A DNA stretch of 63,872 nt, counting the filler, from Craspedostauros australis (taxonomy: Eukaryota), in NCBI GenBank assembly GCA_030167865.1. It is 9 parts of 9 records of this genome, joined end to end, with 100 filler letters (N's around TTAATTAATTAA, not from the genome) between each part and the next. Parts side by side here need not be neighbours in the genome. Positions count along the whole stretch, not along the records: positions 44,587 to 54,386 come from JALAGF010003862.1; positions 54,487 to 58,047 come from JALAGF010003867.1; 7 more parts are not named here. One strand, 5' to 3'. The notes under the pieces are model-generated. The model was not told the origin of the DNA. It made no database searches and saw only the letters and a program-made list of their open reading frames with translations. Below, piece by piece: positions 44,587 to 55,792 of the stretch. The translations under genes and the position numbers were made by a program. Position 1 is the stretch's first letter, and each line of letters opens with the position of its first letter.

Positions 44587-46144
44587 GATGGTGATGCTTG
44601 CAATGCGGTGGGATGGCAACCAGCCAAGTCCAAATGAGATGGGTCGCAAGCAACAAAGGCAACCAACAAACGCAGTCACGTCAGTGGCTTCATCTTTGTT
44701 CGAGGCATTGGCTCGCACCACAAGTTGGTGCTTGCGATGGCAGGCGGACAAGCGTCAGCGGTCTTGCAGATGCCACGATCACACAAGCAAGCGTGGGTCA
44801 TGGTGTACATGGTGGTGGCATCATCTCTTACCTTGGTCGTTTCTGTTCAATCTGTTCGGCGTACCCCACCGCATTTCGCGCAGCCGCTTGCTTGCCTCGC
44901 CGCTTCGTTGCTTGGCTGGCGCTGCTTCCATGTTGGCGACACTTCCATCAACGCAAACGTGGTCATGGTCATTTGGTGGGAACTTCGCCGAACCAAAGAT
45001 CTCTTTTTCGGGCGGTGTCAAGAATTTTGGCGCGCTTCACTCGTCTGTATGTCATCCGTGGCTGATTCCTCTCAAAAATGGCGGGTCTCGATTTGCCACG
45101 ATTGTGCGGCTGGAAAATCAACGATGACGAGGACGCAAACACATGCTCAAGCTGGAACGGTCATTTTTGTTGTCACTCAGCTCTGTTCGACGATGGCGAT
45201 GATGGCGATGATGGCGATGATGACCCTCCCAAAGGCCGGAAATGAGACCCAACGCTGGGATCGCAGAGCGGAGCAGGAGACAACATGAGGAAGTGAAGCT
45301 CCACATGGAGAATTCGAGGAACAACCCACACGTCTTCTTCAAATTATTCGTGGTCTCGCCGCATCGTTTTCACATCATGAAAACAAACAGTGGGACAAGA
45401 CGATGAGGCATCAACTTCCAAGAGGCATTGTGTGGGAAGGCCCCGCCGGTTGCTCTGCGACAACTCGACGACCATGGAACTTTCCGTGAGTAGTTGCCGT
45501 TGCAAAGCCTCCAGGCTGGTACCCTGCTCGAAACTCCGTACAGTCAAGACGACTGAAGTGGCTGAAGAGTACAGTGTCGAACAGCAGGGTCCATGTACTG
45601 CCGTGGGAAGGCACGCACGCATGCGCATCGCGCACTGCAGGGACAGACTTTGAGGATCACAACATTATGTGCATAGACACAAAGGCGGTGCCGTGCTGAA
45701 ACAAATGCTTGCAACGACACAGGACGCCGCGCTTCACAGCATCAATTGCATCGACCAATCGTATCAACAGGTCTGGTGCGAACTCCAACGAAGCCGTCGC
45801 ACATTATCAGTCAACGGCCACAAACTCTGATGTCAGCGCCGATGCCAGGCTGGGAATCCGGTGGAACGAAGAAGAGTTTGATGCGGCAAGTATGCCACGA
45901 AAGATACTGCCGTATGATAGTTGGCAAAAAACTGAGATGTTCCCGCGGTGGCCACTTCCACACCCGCCACAAGTGTTGCTCATGTACGCACAAGCTGATT
46001 CAATGTGCTGCAAACGAACACAGGGCGTGAACTTTCTAGGAGCAGCGTTTGGAATAGAGCACGATAGAGGGATCTGACGACTGGCAGAAATAGATGTGGC
46101 ATGTGATGTCAAATGTAGAATAATCGTATGTATGTATGCATTGC

Positions 46145-47755
46145 CTACCGTTGCCGTTTCATGTTTTGTGTGGTCTGCAGGGTCATGTCGGAACTGAGTT
46201 CCCTTTTCACGGAGGCATGACCAGCGGACCTCGACTCAAGCAGCTTCGCCATCTTCGCACGACGTCTTTTGTTCCGCGCACACCCCAACGCCGTCTTGCC
46301 AGCTTTGTTTTGCACGTGCGGATCCATCTCCTCCAGCGACATTAGATACTCGATCAGCTCGAAGTAATCCCGAGTGTGCTTGGCCACGCAGTGCAGGACT
46401 GTGTCCCCTTGCTTGTTCTTGATGTTCATATCCACCTTGACGTTGCTCGATTCGATCAGCAGTTTCATCTTCTCCACGCGGACTTTGCAATCATTGTCGC
46501 CTTCGCCTTTGGCTTTGCAAATACAGTGCAGGGCAGTGTCACCGTCGCTGTTCTGAAGCGTTGCATCCACTGAGTCATTTCCCATCAAATCTCGAAGGAT
46601 GGATACATTGCACTTCCCGCTCAGACATGCAAGATGGAGGAGTGTTTTGCCTTGACGGTTCTGGATGTTTGCGATCGGTTTAGCCGCGTCCATCAATCGT
46701 TGGATGATGGGTGCATGCTTCACGCGGTTGTTTGGATGAGAGAGATCACTGAGTCTGGTTGTGGGAATGAGTTGTTGTTGAATCAAGCCGAAGAGGTTGG
46801 CGAATCTGTTGGTGTGGTTGAATGTTGCGAACACTTCTGCGCTGAAGGCCATATGGAGTGGTGTGTCACCTTTCTTGTTTTGGATGTGGAGACTACCGCA
46901 GATCTTGTGGGACTGGAGCAAGTTCTGAATGTGGTCGAGCTTTGGGAACGTGCATGCAGAGTGCAGAGGCGTGTTGCCATCACGGTTTTGAATGTTGGCA
47001 TCGACTTCAACACCGATATCATCCGACTCCATCAAGTATTTGACTATTTTCTGGTTGTCCCGAAAACATGCTGAATGCAAGGGAGTGTTTCCGTGCTTGT
47101 TCTGCTTGTTGATGTTCGCGTCAACGTCAACTCGGCTTGATTGCATCAGGCACTCCAGCACATCACTCGGATCTCCTCCGCAAACGTAGTGGAGTAAGTT
47201 GCTGCGATCTTTGTCTTCTGTCATGACATGAACTCGACTAGATCCCACCAAACATTCCACCACATCTTTGAATCCGTGCACGCAGGCGATATGGAGTGGT
47301 GTCATCCCATCTTCGTCTGGAATGTTGACATCGACATCGTCTCTATCAGACTGGAGGAAGTACTCGACGACGTCCCGACGTCCTCGTCTGCAGGCGTGGT
47401 AGACCGGTGTCTGGCCCCAAACGTTCTGGGCGCTGGCATTCACTTGAACTTCATCCGACTCCATCAGGTACTCCACAGTGTCCCTGTGCCCGCCTTCGCA
47501 CGCTTCGTGGAGTGGTGTTACGTCTGCGTAACCTGTGATGGTGGCACTCAGGCAGAGTTTGTCGGATGTCAGCAAGTATTTCGCGACGTCGGTACTTCCA
47601 TAGCGACAAGCACGGTGGAGTGGCGAATCGCCGTTTTCGTCCAGAATGTTGAAAAACATTGCATCATCGACCGGTTCCACCAACCTTTGGACGCGTTCCA
47701 AGTCATCACTATCGCATGCTTCTAGCAACAGCCAAAGCCATTCTTCGTCGCCCAC
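46145..47755 (-). CDS. Ankyrin repeat protein (~536 aa), start uncertain
   Basis: About 12 G-x-TPLH-x-AC repeats. No in-frame ATG precedes the first repeat-like helix. Confidence 0.88.
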   Translation of the reverse strand: MGDEEWLWLLLEACDSDDLERVQRLVEPVDDAMFFNILDENGDSPLHRACRYGSTDVAKYLLTSDKLCLSATITGYADVTPLHEACEGGHRDTVEYLMESDEVQVNASAQNVWGQTPVYHACRRGRRDVVEYFLQSDRDDVDVNIPDEDGMTPLHIACVHGFKDVVECLVGSSRVHVMTEDKDRSNLLHYVCGGDPSDVLECLMQSSRVDVDANINKQNKHGNTPLHSACFRDNQKIVKYLMESDDIGVEVDANIQNRDGNTPLHSACTFPKLDHIQNLLQSHKICGSLHIQNKKGDTPLHMAFSAEVFATFNHTNRFANLFGLIQQQLIPTTRLSDLSHPNNRVKHAPIIQRLMDAAKPIANIQNRQGKTLLHLACLSGKCNVSILRDLMGNDSVDATLQNSDGDTALHCICKAKGEGDNDCKVRVEKMKLLIESSNVKVDMNIKNKQGDTVLHCVAKHTRDYFELIEYLMSLEEMDPHVQNKAGKTALGCARNKRRRAKMAKLLESRSAGHASVKRELSSDMTLQTTQNMKRQR

Positions 47756-48702
47756 TTCACTGCTCTCATTTCAGTTCCATGTTAATGTTCATTTTGATCC
47801 CAACATATCATGTGTAATCCGGATTGGATGGATGAGACGAAGCAATGAGTCAGAGCAAATGTGAGAAGGAGTGCGGGTATTATACGACCTGCTCTGGTAC
47901 AAATTGAAGAGGAGATAACGCCACAGAACGAAATCAAATCCTCGTGTGACGCTGAGGGTTCTCTGCGGCAAACTGTCTTGTGCTTTGGCACATGCAGCAA
48001 CTCATCATGGAGCAGATTAGGCAAATATGAACGCAAGCAGCAAGAATAGAAGCAATCATCTCACTTACGTACCTGTATTGAAGGGCATCGTCGTCGCTGT
48101 CGGAAGAGCTCATGTTGCTTCGGGTGATGTCCTTGTTGTTGAACCTTGGCTGGGAAGGTCGCTGGATGGACGCAGAGTATTGGAGCGCTCTATCTTACTC
48201 TCCTCTGTGCATACTCTGTTGGAATGTTGCGGCAACACCAACTCTCTCTCTCTCTCTTGAGTGTGAGAGGAAAGATGATGTGTGCAATGTTGTTGTGGCA
48301 GCGCCATGGTTGAGTTGAGACGAGCGGAGGTAGTAACTCGTGGTCCGTGCGAGTGGGAGGGGCGCTGTCGTTTTCCATTCCCGCGCTCAACGGTCGCAAA
48401 CGCATCGCGCGAACACTCTGTGAACCGCATGACTCATTCGAATCACTCCATCAACAAACGTCACGCCATTTTTCGAACCGAAAAGTTCCACGGAACGAAT
48501 TTGAATCCTTGTCTCTTTTCTTTCTTTGATGCGCACAAGCGAGGAACGACAGCAACATCAACAAGGGCAAGGCAGAGAGGGTGAAGCGGAAGCAATACGA
48601 GCAGGAAGTTGCCAATGTTCTGGAGACGGACGATAGAGGGTAGTAGAAGAGAAGTCTTATAGAAGATCAGTAGAAGAGCAGAGCAGGGACGGCTATCGTC
48701 GC

Positions 48703-51240
48703 ATGAGCAAAGGCATGGGTGAAGACAAGACGCGTCGTCCTCAACAGTTCATGAGTTGGAGATCTCTTTGGCAGCGCCCAAAGCAGGCACAGCAGCAGAC
48801 GGAAGGCATTGAAGGCGATGGAAGTGGTGCGAATGATGAAGATGAGACAGAACCCAGGAAGAGGCAATCCGCAGCATCTGCGGCACCCACCGAAGATGCG
48901 ACGGTGACCGAACCAGCCCAATCTGATGGTACCAGCACAACAGAAGTCATGGACAACAGCTGCGATGGTATTGCCGAAAGCACCAATGCAAGTCTTCCGC
49001 CACGCACAGCAACCATGGATCAAGGTTTCACCGAGGATGATCTTGTTCGTCATATAACTGTGGACGATCAAGACACACAGTACACATCATCCATCGCGAG
49101 CACAGAAACGGAAACAGCCACAATTGCAACAGCACGTATGACTGCGACCAAACGCAGATCGTCCACATTCGTCCAAAATCTGCGAAACAAGGCGGGCAGC
49201 ACCATCATCGCTGCCAACTTCGTGTCCAGCTGCTGGTCATCCGCATGGACGGAACGCGACAAGTGGAGGGATTGGTTGGCGCCGTTGGACGCGTTGTACG
49301 AATTCCTCAAATCCACGGGCATCGATCAGGAGGTCCTTTCGCAGATATCTACATTTCGCGATCGCAGTATCTTCTGGACCAACTGCCGCATCTTAGCGCA
49401 CTGCCACAAGGTCATCGCGCCGTCGCTGCAGCATCGCATTGACACGGTGCGGAGCAAGCCTGTCGACCAACCGCCGCAATATCTGCGTCAACCGAAACGA
49501 TTGTATCGCTTCATGCAGTACGCGACCGCGGTCTACGGCAAATCTGTCATCCAGGCGGCCAAATTGGAAACGGGGCAGTCGGCGACGTTGTGGCATGCGG
49601 CCAAAACGGAGATAGATGCCATTGCGCAGCATGTTGGGTTGTTGGTGGATGACATTGTCGTCTTGCATGATCCGTGGCAGAACCGGAAGAAGCTGTCGAC
49701 TGCTAACAAATTCGCAGCGAACAACGATGCCCTTGACATTGCAGAAGGCAATGAGGGGGATATCGACAAGACTTCATCTCAGACAATCGACTCAAGCGAG
49801 AGCGATCATGCGAATACGGAGCATCAAGATCACGGTGACCTTCAAGTGCTACCCACTGCAATCGAAACGACCACGCAAGACGATCGAGTACCGACCAAAG
49901 ACGCACAACGAGATTTCACCTTGACACATTTCGTCGCCCTGGACCATGACGAAGAGGCGGTGGTCCTTTGCATCCGAGGCACGTACAGCCTTCAGGAACT
50001 CTTGGTGGATCTTGGAGCATTCACAAGTGCGTACACTCTGAGTTTGCTGTTGTGTTGTTGCAAGCGTTGATGCATGCAAACGATTGAGCAATTGTTCGAG
50101 CTCATCGTCGTCAAACTGCACTCTTCCTCATAGCCTCTGCCATATCGTTTGCTTCTTCCACACCGTGCGATACTGTGTGGTACCATGATCTAACCATTCG
50201 AACATTCCATCTTCTCTTTTCATCCAATCTTTTGCTTGTCTCGCACAGAACCATTTTGCTACGGCGAGGGACATGCGGAAATCATCTCCATCATCCAGAT
50301 CCTGTGGAAGGAATCTGGTGACAAGATTGTGGACCAACTGACCAGGCATCCAGATTACGATCTCATCTTGACCGGCCATAGCCTGGGAGGGTCTTCCGCG
50401 GCCTTGCTCAACCTGTGGCTGCAGTCGACGCTTCTTGAATCGGATGTCCGTGACAGCGATGACCTGGCGATACCTGAGTTGCTGCCTCCGCTTCCAAAGC
50501 ACATCACATCATCTCGAATTCGATGTTACTCGTTTGGTGGCTTGCCGGTGTATGCTGCGTCCAACAGGAAGCATTACGAGCACAGCGGCAAGGGGACGCA
50601 AACGAAGGATGGCACGGAAACCGACAACGACGAGAACGACAGCACATGGACTGCGCAGGATGAGTATCATTCGCGCATGGCGCCAATACTGAAACAAAGC
50701 TCCACGAACGTCATGCACCGATACGATTACGCACCGTTCGCCTCCATCCATTCGGTGCGTCGATTACTGCAAGAGACACAGGCCGTCCGCGACTATTATT
50801 ACACCCACCTGGCAGAACAGCAACAAGACGATGATAAGAAGGTCCACTGGAGATTCCGCACCCAACGTTGGTGGCAACGTCAGCAGGTGGGTTGGCAGAG
50901 CACGACACCGCCGCAAGAATTGATTGAATTTGTGCAGAATGCGTCGTTGGTGACGCCCAAGGATGGTGCGCCATCGCTGTACGTGCCGACGGGGTGCGTG
51001 CTTTGGATAGGCGGCGACGAACCAGCGCATCTGCAGCAAGATGCGGAAGAGTTTGATCTGATGGACGTGGAGATGGATTTCGCGCGGGTCGATCGACGAG
51101 ATGCGCCGGAGCACAGCGTCGTGAACATCTGCGATCCGATCCAAGTGACGTCGCGACTTGGGTTTGTCTTGCACGATCAGATGCTGCTGGATCATTTGCC
51201 GAGTCGGTACGAACGCGTGTTGCATCACATGAAACAATGA
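48703..51240 (+). CDS. Class-3 lipase (DAG-lipase-like); exons 48703..50026 and 50249..51240
   Basis: YATAVYG, HFVALDH..VVLCIRGT, LTGHSLGG nucleophile elbow, CYSFG, DHLP..Y. Intron GTGCGT..ACAG at 50027..50248 joins the frames (FTKPFC). Confidence 0.9.
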
Positions 51241-51593
51241 TAACGGTGAACTACGTGTGTGCGTGTACGTATGGATGTGCCATAACATGGTGCTGATTGC
51301 AACAGAGTAGTGCTGCGTTTCCTTTTTCAACAGTCCACGATTCCGTACTCCTTGCTAAGAGAGATGGCATTTGATAGTATTGCGTCATAGGTAGAGTAAA
51401 GTCTTAGCGAGTTGAGTTGGGTGGCGCACTGGGGGAGAAGACAGCTTGAGCTTGAACGCACGCGACATGTCAAACACAGATGTAATCCGTCGGCTGGATA
51501 CATTGGATTGCCCGATTGTTTGTCTGTTTGAGTTTAACTTTGCGTCGTGCTCTCAGTTGCTTTGTTTGTCGTTGATTAGCGTTTTGCCTTAAT

Positions 51594-52934
51594 CTATGCC
51601 AAGGACATGACGGCATTGACGACATCGTTGTCATTCTCCTCGAGCGCCTTGATGGCCCGTTCTCTGGAAACCTTGGCGTGGCTCATGACGAGTTCGATGG
51701 TCTGCGAATCCAAACCATCCGGTGGTGCGGCGGCATCCGTCGACGCAACTTCCTGCACAGCCGGCTGCTGCTGCGCGGCCTGCTCCTGCACTTGCTGCAG
51801 AGCCTGCCTCTGCGATTGTTCCTGCGACTGCTGCCGGAAGGCGTTGGGATTGGCCTGTCGCGCCTCACCAAAGACGACGTACGTGGGGTGCTTGCCGCCC
51901 GCCGCCGTGGCGCGGTACACATCGGGCATCTCAATGGCGAAGGTGCCGGCACGACTTCCGGACACCTTGAACGTGACACGGGCGATGTCCTTGACCGCGG
52001 TCAATCCCATCCGTTGCATGATCTTGCGCGCCTTCTTTTCGGCGCGGTTCTGTTGTCTGTGCAGTGGGGCAGCAGGTGGCGCAGCAGCAGGTGCTGCGGT
52101 GGTCAATTCCGGGATCGCCTCGATGTCATCCGCGTCTTCGACCTGGACGGTCTCTGGTTTGGATGCTGCTGATGCAGGGGATGGTGAAGGAGCTGGTTTT
52201 GGAATGGGAGCGGATGCAACAGGGGCTGGTGTGGATGCTGGTACCGACGGTGCAGCGGAAGCAGGCTTGGCTTCGGCTTCAGGCTTGGCATCGGGTGCAC
52301 TCGCGGCCTCGGTTGGAGCTGCCGGCTTAGCCTGTTCCTTCTTGTCCTCTTCTTTGTCTGCTTCTGTGTCAACAACCTTATCAACGACCTTGTCAACAAC
52401 CTTATCAGCAACCTTATCAACAACCTCATCCACTGCCTCCTGCTTTTCAACCGGCTTCGACTCGGCATGCTCAGAATCCGAAGCAAGCGGCATCTTTGGC
52501 ACATCGGCAGCCGTGGGCTTGGGCGGCGATTTGAGGATCTGGCCTGTCGGAGATCGAACGCCCGCCGACGGACTGACGAGACTGAACATGGCCCCGCTGG
52601 CCTCGACCTTGTTCTCGTCCTTGCCTTCCGCCTTGGCCGTGTTGAACTCCTGCAGCGTCTTGGTCGCCTCCTGCTTCTTCTCCGCGTCCGAGCGCTTGGC
52701 CTCCCTCTGCTTGGCCAGGAAGGACTGCTCCTTGTCCAGCTGCGTGGCGCCCGTCACCTTGAGCTGGTCGATGGCCTCCTTCGTGTAGGACTTCTCCTTG
52801 TCGGCCTTGTCCTTCAGAGCAGCCTGCACTGCCTCCGGAGTGGACAGTCCTCCGGCCGTCTTCAGCTTCGACGCATGGTTCTTCGCGATTCCGCTCTTGC
52901 GCAGGGCTTCCAGTTCCTCAGCGACCGACGGCAT
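51594..52934 (-). CDS. Nascent polypeptide-associated complex alpha-like protein with long N-terminal extension
   Basis: NAC domain (NRAEKKARK..RVTFK..PDVY..TYVVFGEA) and C-terminal UBA (IELVMS.A.VSR..AI.AL.ENDND.VNA.M.L). Confidence 0.9.
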   Translation of the reverse strand: MPSVAEELEALRKSGIAKNHASKLKTAGGLSTPEAVQAALKDKADKEKSYTKEAIDQLKVTGATQLDKEQSFLAKQREAKRSDAEKKQEATKTLQEFNTAKAEGKDENKVEASGAMFSLVSPSAGVRSPTGQILKSPPKPTAADVPKMPLASDSEHAESKPVEKQEAVDEVVDKVADKVVDKVVDKVVDTEADKEEDKKEQAKPAAPTEAASAPDAKPEAEAKPASAAPSVPASTPAPVASAPIPKPAPSPSPASAASKPETVQVEDADDIEAIPELTTAAPAAAPPAAPLHRQQNRAEKKARKIMQRMGLTAVKDIARVTFKVSGSRAGTFAIEMPDVYRATAAGGKHPTYVVFGEARQANPNAFRQQSQEQSQRQALQQVQEQAAQQQPAVQEVASTDAAAPPDGLDSQTIELVMSHAKVSRERAIKALEENDNDVVNAVMSLA

Positions 52935-53522
52935 CCTCTTCTTCTTATCTTATTCTGCTATTCTTCCTATCTATTCCTTTGGTAGGGATGCAGTATGGAA
53001 TAGAGTGAGTAGAGCTGCGTTGTGATTGAGGCGTCCCAGAGACGCGAACGGATGTGGATCATCAGACCGACGGCACCCAACTCAACTCAACTCGACTCAA
53101 CAGAGAGATGAGAACTGCAACAACAGGGATCATTGCCGCTGCCTCTTTCTTGACCACAAGATCATTCCCCACCATTGATTTTGGCACTCTTGATTCACGC
53201 CATTTTTCAGTCCCGGAAAGCCGTTTCGTCAAGAAATTTGGGTTCTCCACAGAAACGGTTCACAACTGGCGCAACGGTTTGATGTGTGGTTTGTGAGACG
53301 AGACCGCTCGTGGTCGATCAGGACGATGGCAACGCAGCAGATGGTTGGAACGCAAGCGGGTATTTGTGTGGTATCGTAATCCTAAGTTGTTACATGTAGT
53401 TATACGTGATAGAAATCGAGCACACCAGAGGAGAGTATTTCAATGATGTTGATGACTGTGTGATCTTCTTCTTGATCTCCCGCAGTCGAGGCATCCATCG
53501 ATTTGTTGTGCGCTTCATGGCC

Positions 53523-54386
53523 TCATCCGCGAGGAGTACCAACGCAGCTCGCATCACCAAAGAATACGTTGCATCGATCATTGTCGATGAAGGTATCGGC
53601 ATACAAGCATGCGTACGATCCAGCAGGATAGTTGCTGGGATTCCCGTAGTAGTTGCAAGAGTTGTCACCAACACCAAGATCCACCTCGTAACAGTTGGAT
53701 CCGGCGGGGTATCCGCCATTGCACGATCCATCGCCGATGGGACCGTTCGCAAGGCCGCACGCGTACCGACCATTGCAGGATCCCAAGCCGACATCCGCAT
53801 CGACTCCGAGGCCCTGGCATGCGGCGTATCCAGTGCACGAGTCCTCCTCGATCAGGATGCCGGCCGACACCTTGTCGCACGAGGCCAGACCGTTGCACGA
53901 TCCACGGCACACAGTCACCGTGCCTTCCCAGTAGCAGCTGCTCGATCCAAGATCGCAGCACTCCATCCCCTCCTCCACGCACCAGTTCGCGACGTAGTCG
54001 TAGGTTCCCGTCACGCACGTTGATCGGATGGGTGAGTCCGTTGGTCCCAATGAGGCGGTTGGAGACAGTGTGGGGGACATGGTTGGGAAGGATATGGGGA
54101 AGCCAGTTGGAGACAAGTCGGGGACACCGGCCGATGCGGTGGTGGTGGCACCTGTAGTTGTGGTTGTTGTTGTGGCTGCTGCTGTTGTGGTTGTGGCGGC
54201 TGCTGTTGTTGTGGCAGCTGTGGTGGTGGTGGTGACTCGGTCATCCTCACCTGGGACAATCGCCTTCACATCTGACTCGAGTGAGGAGTTGTCATCTGCT
54301 GGATTGGCATCCTCTGTTGCAGCTGTGGTCGTGGTTGCAGCGACGGTGGTGGTTGTAGGGGTGGTAGTGACGACGGCATCTTCACC
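53523..54386 (-). CDS. Cys-ladder repeat protein with Thr/Ala-rich mucin-like stalk, 5' end cut by the contig break
   Basis: Poly-T/A tracts, PTxSP repeats, then SCNG..AC repeats; frame open to the linker. Confidence 0.82.
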   Translation of the reverse strand, partial: GEDAVVTTTPTTTTVAATTTTAATEDANPADDNSSLESDVKAIVPGEDDRVTTTTTAATTTAAATTTTAAATTTTTTTGATTTASAGVPDLSPTGFPISFPTMSPTLSPTASLGPTDSPIRSTCVTGTYDYVANWCVEEGMECCDLGSSSCYWEGTVTVCRGSCNGLASCDKVSAGILIEEDSCTGYAACQGLGVDADVGLGSCNGRYACGLANGPIGDGSCNGGYPAGSNCYEVDLGVGDNSCNYYGNPSNYPAGSYACLYADTFIDNDRCNVFFGDASCVGTPRG

Positions 54387-54486
54387 NNNNNNNNNNNNNN
54401 NNNNNNNNNNNNNNNNNNNNNNNNNNNNNNTTAATTAATTAANNNNNNNNNNNNNNNNNNNNNNNNNNNNNNNNNNNNNNNNNNNN
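54387..54486. other. Artificial contig linker
   Basis: N44-TTAATTAATTAA-N44. Confidence 0.98.
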
Positions 54487-55792
54487 CTGCGTCTCCTTTT
54501 CCTCATCACTCGCGTGTTTCTCACACGTTTCCCATCGTGGAAGATTGACACTTTTGGTTCTGCGTTTGTCCACGGAATTTCGTCAGAATGACATCTTGAA
54601 ACGACTCAACTCTGCCGAGCACTCAGGACTCGAATGTGGATAGACTTGCATCCAAGACTAGAAACGTGCTCACTATCGGTTTCGCAGTCATCCGCCGTTG
54701 GCGGTGATCGGCGACAGCAGGAGTGCGAGCATAGCTAGTACACGCTGCAACTTACGAGTTTCACGTACCATATCATTCAAATCTACGCGCAATACGAGGA
54801 GAATACAACAGATGAAATAGGCCGAGGTCTACCAGTGCGAGTATGTGTGGTACATATGGTAGGCACACGACTCTTCACACTATCGCCCGAAGATACATAT
54901 CTTGGTTGGCAGGCAGTGGAGGGAAGGGAATATAGTGTGATATAATAGATTCGACAGTTTGCATGAGAAATGCAGACGGAGAAGCAGGCTCTTGAAGAGA
55001 GTACTCTGGAATAGAGTAGGGAAGAGGAGAGGAGAGTCCTGTACTTCATTTCATTTTCTTGAAAGTTGGGCCGCTCGATGATCAGAGCACATGGACTGAA
55101 TCAACGATCAAAACTACTTCCGCTCTCTTGAGAGAGGTGGTCGACTGGAGTAGACTACCGGTAACACATGACACTCTTGGTGAACTGAAGTACTCTGCGA
55201 CTACTCTTCTCTGCTCTGCTTTGGGCCGCCCTCTTTGGACACAGCATCGCCAAGGCATCGTCGGTGATTGATAGACAGACAGACAGACAGACAAATGCAA
55301 ACGTGCACAGAACATCATGCACAAAGTTACAAACAGACAGTCACGTGCTTAATGTCCATAGCATCCCATCACCCTCTCCCAAAGCAACCGCAGAGTCGGT
55401 ACTCATGAACTACTACTCTCCAGAGTATTACGACCTCGCGCACGTACATTCTTCCATGGAGTGCACGGATACGAACACAAGTCTTCGAGAACCATGGTCG
55501 CAAAGGTCTCCCCTTCGAACTTTCGCCCATTCTATTTCTGTTCATGTTCCATCTTCCAAGTATGCGCATTAAACTTCGATGCGGTGAGATGAGCTAGAGA
55601 TGGCTTTCAGCACAACTGCTGATACCGTGAGGAGCCCCTGTTCACTCGGAGATCCCCCTCCGGCGCACAGCTACATGCACGAAGAGCACGATCGCTAGCG
55701 AGAGCACAAGCCGTCTTGGTCATGGGGATGGTGTGGCGGACTGTTGCAAAGATTGGAGGGATAATACACAGAGAGGTTGGACGTTTCGAGGA

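Noticed and set aside
44587..46130. Many short overlapping ORFs (also 17440..19100 and 62537..63872)
   Set aside because: No motif or consistent coding frame that I could support.
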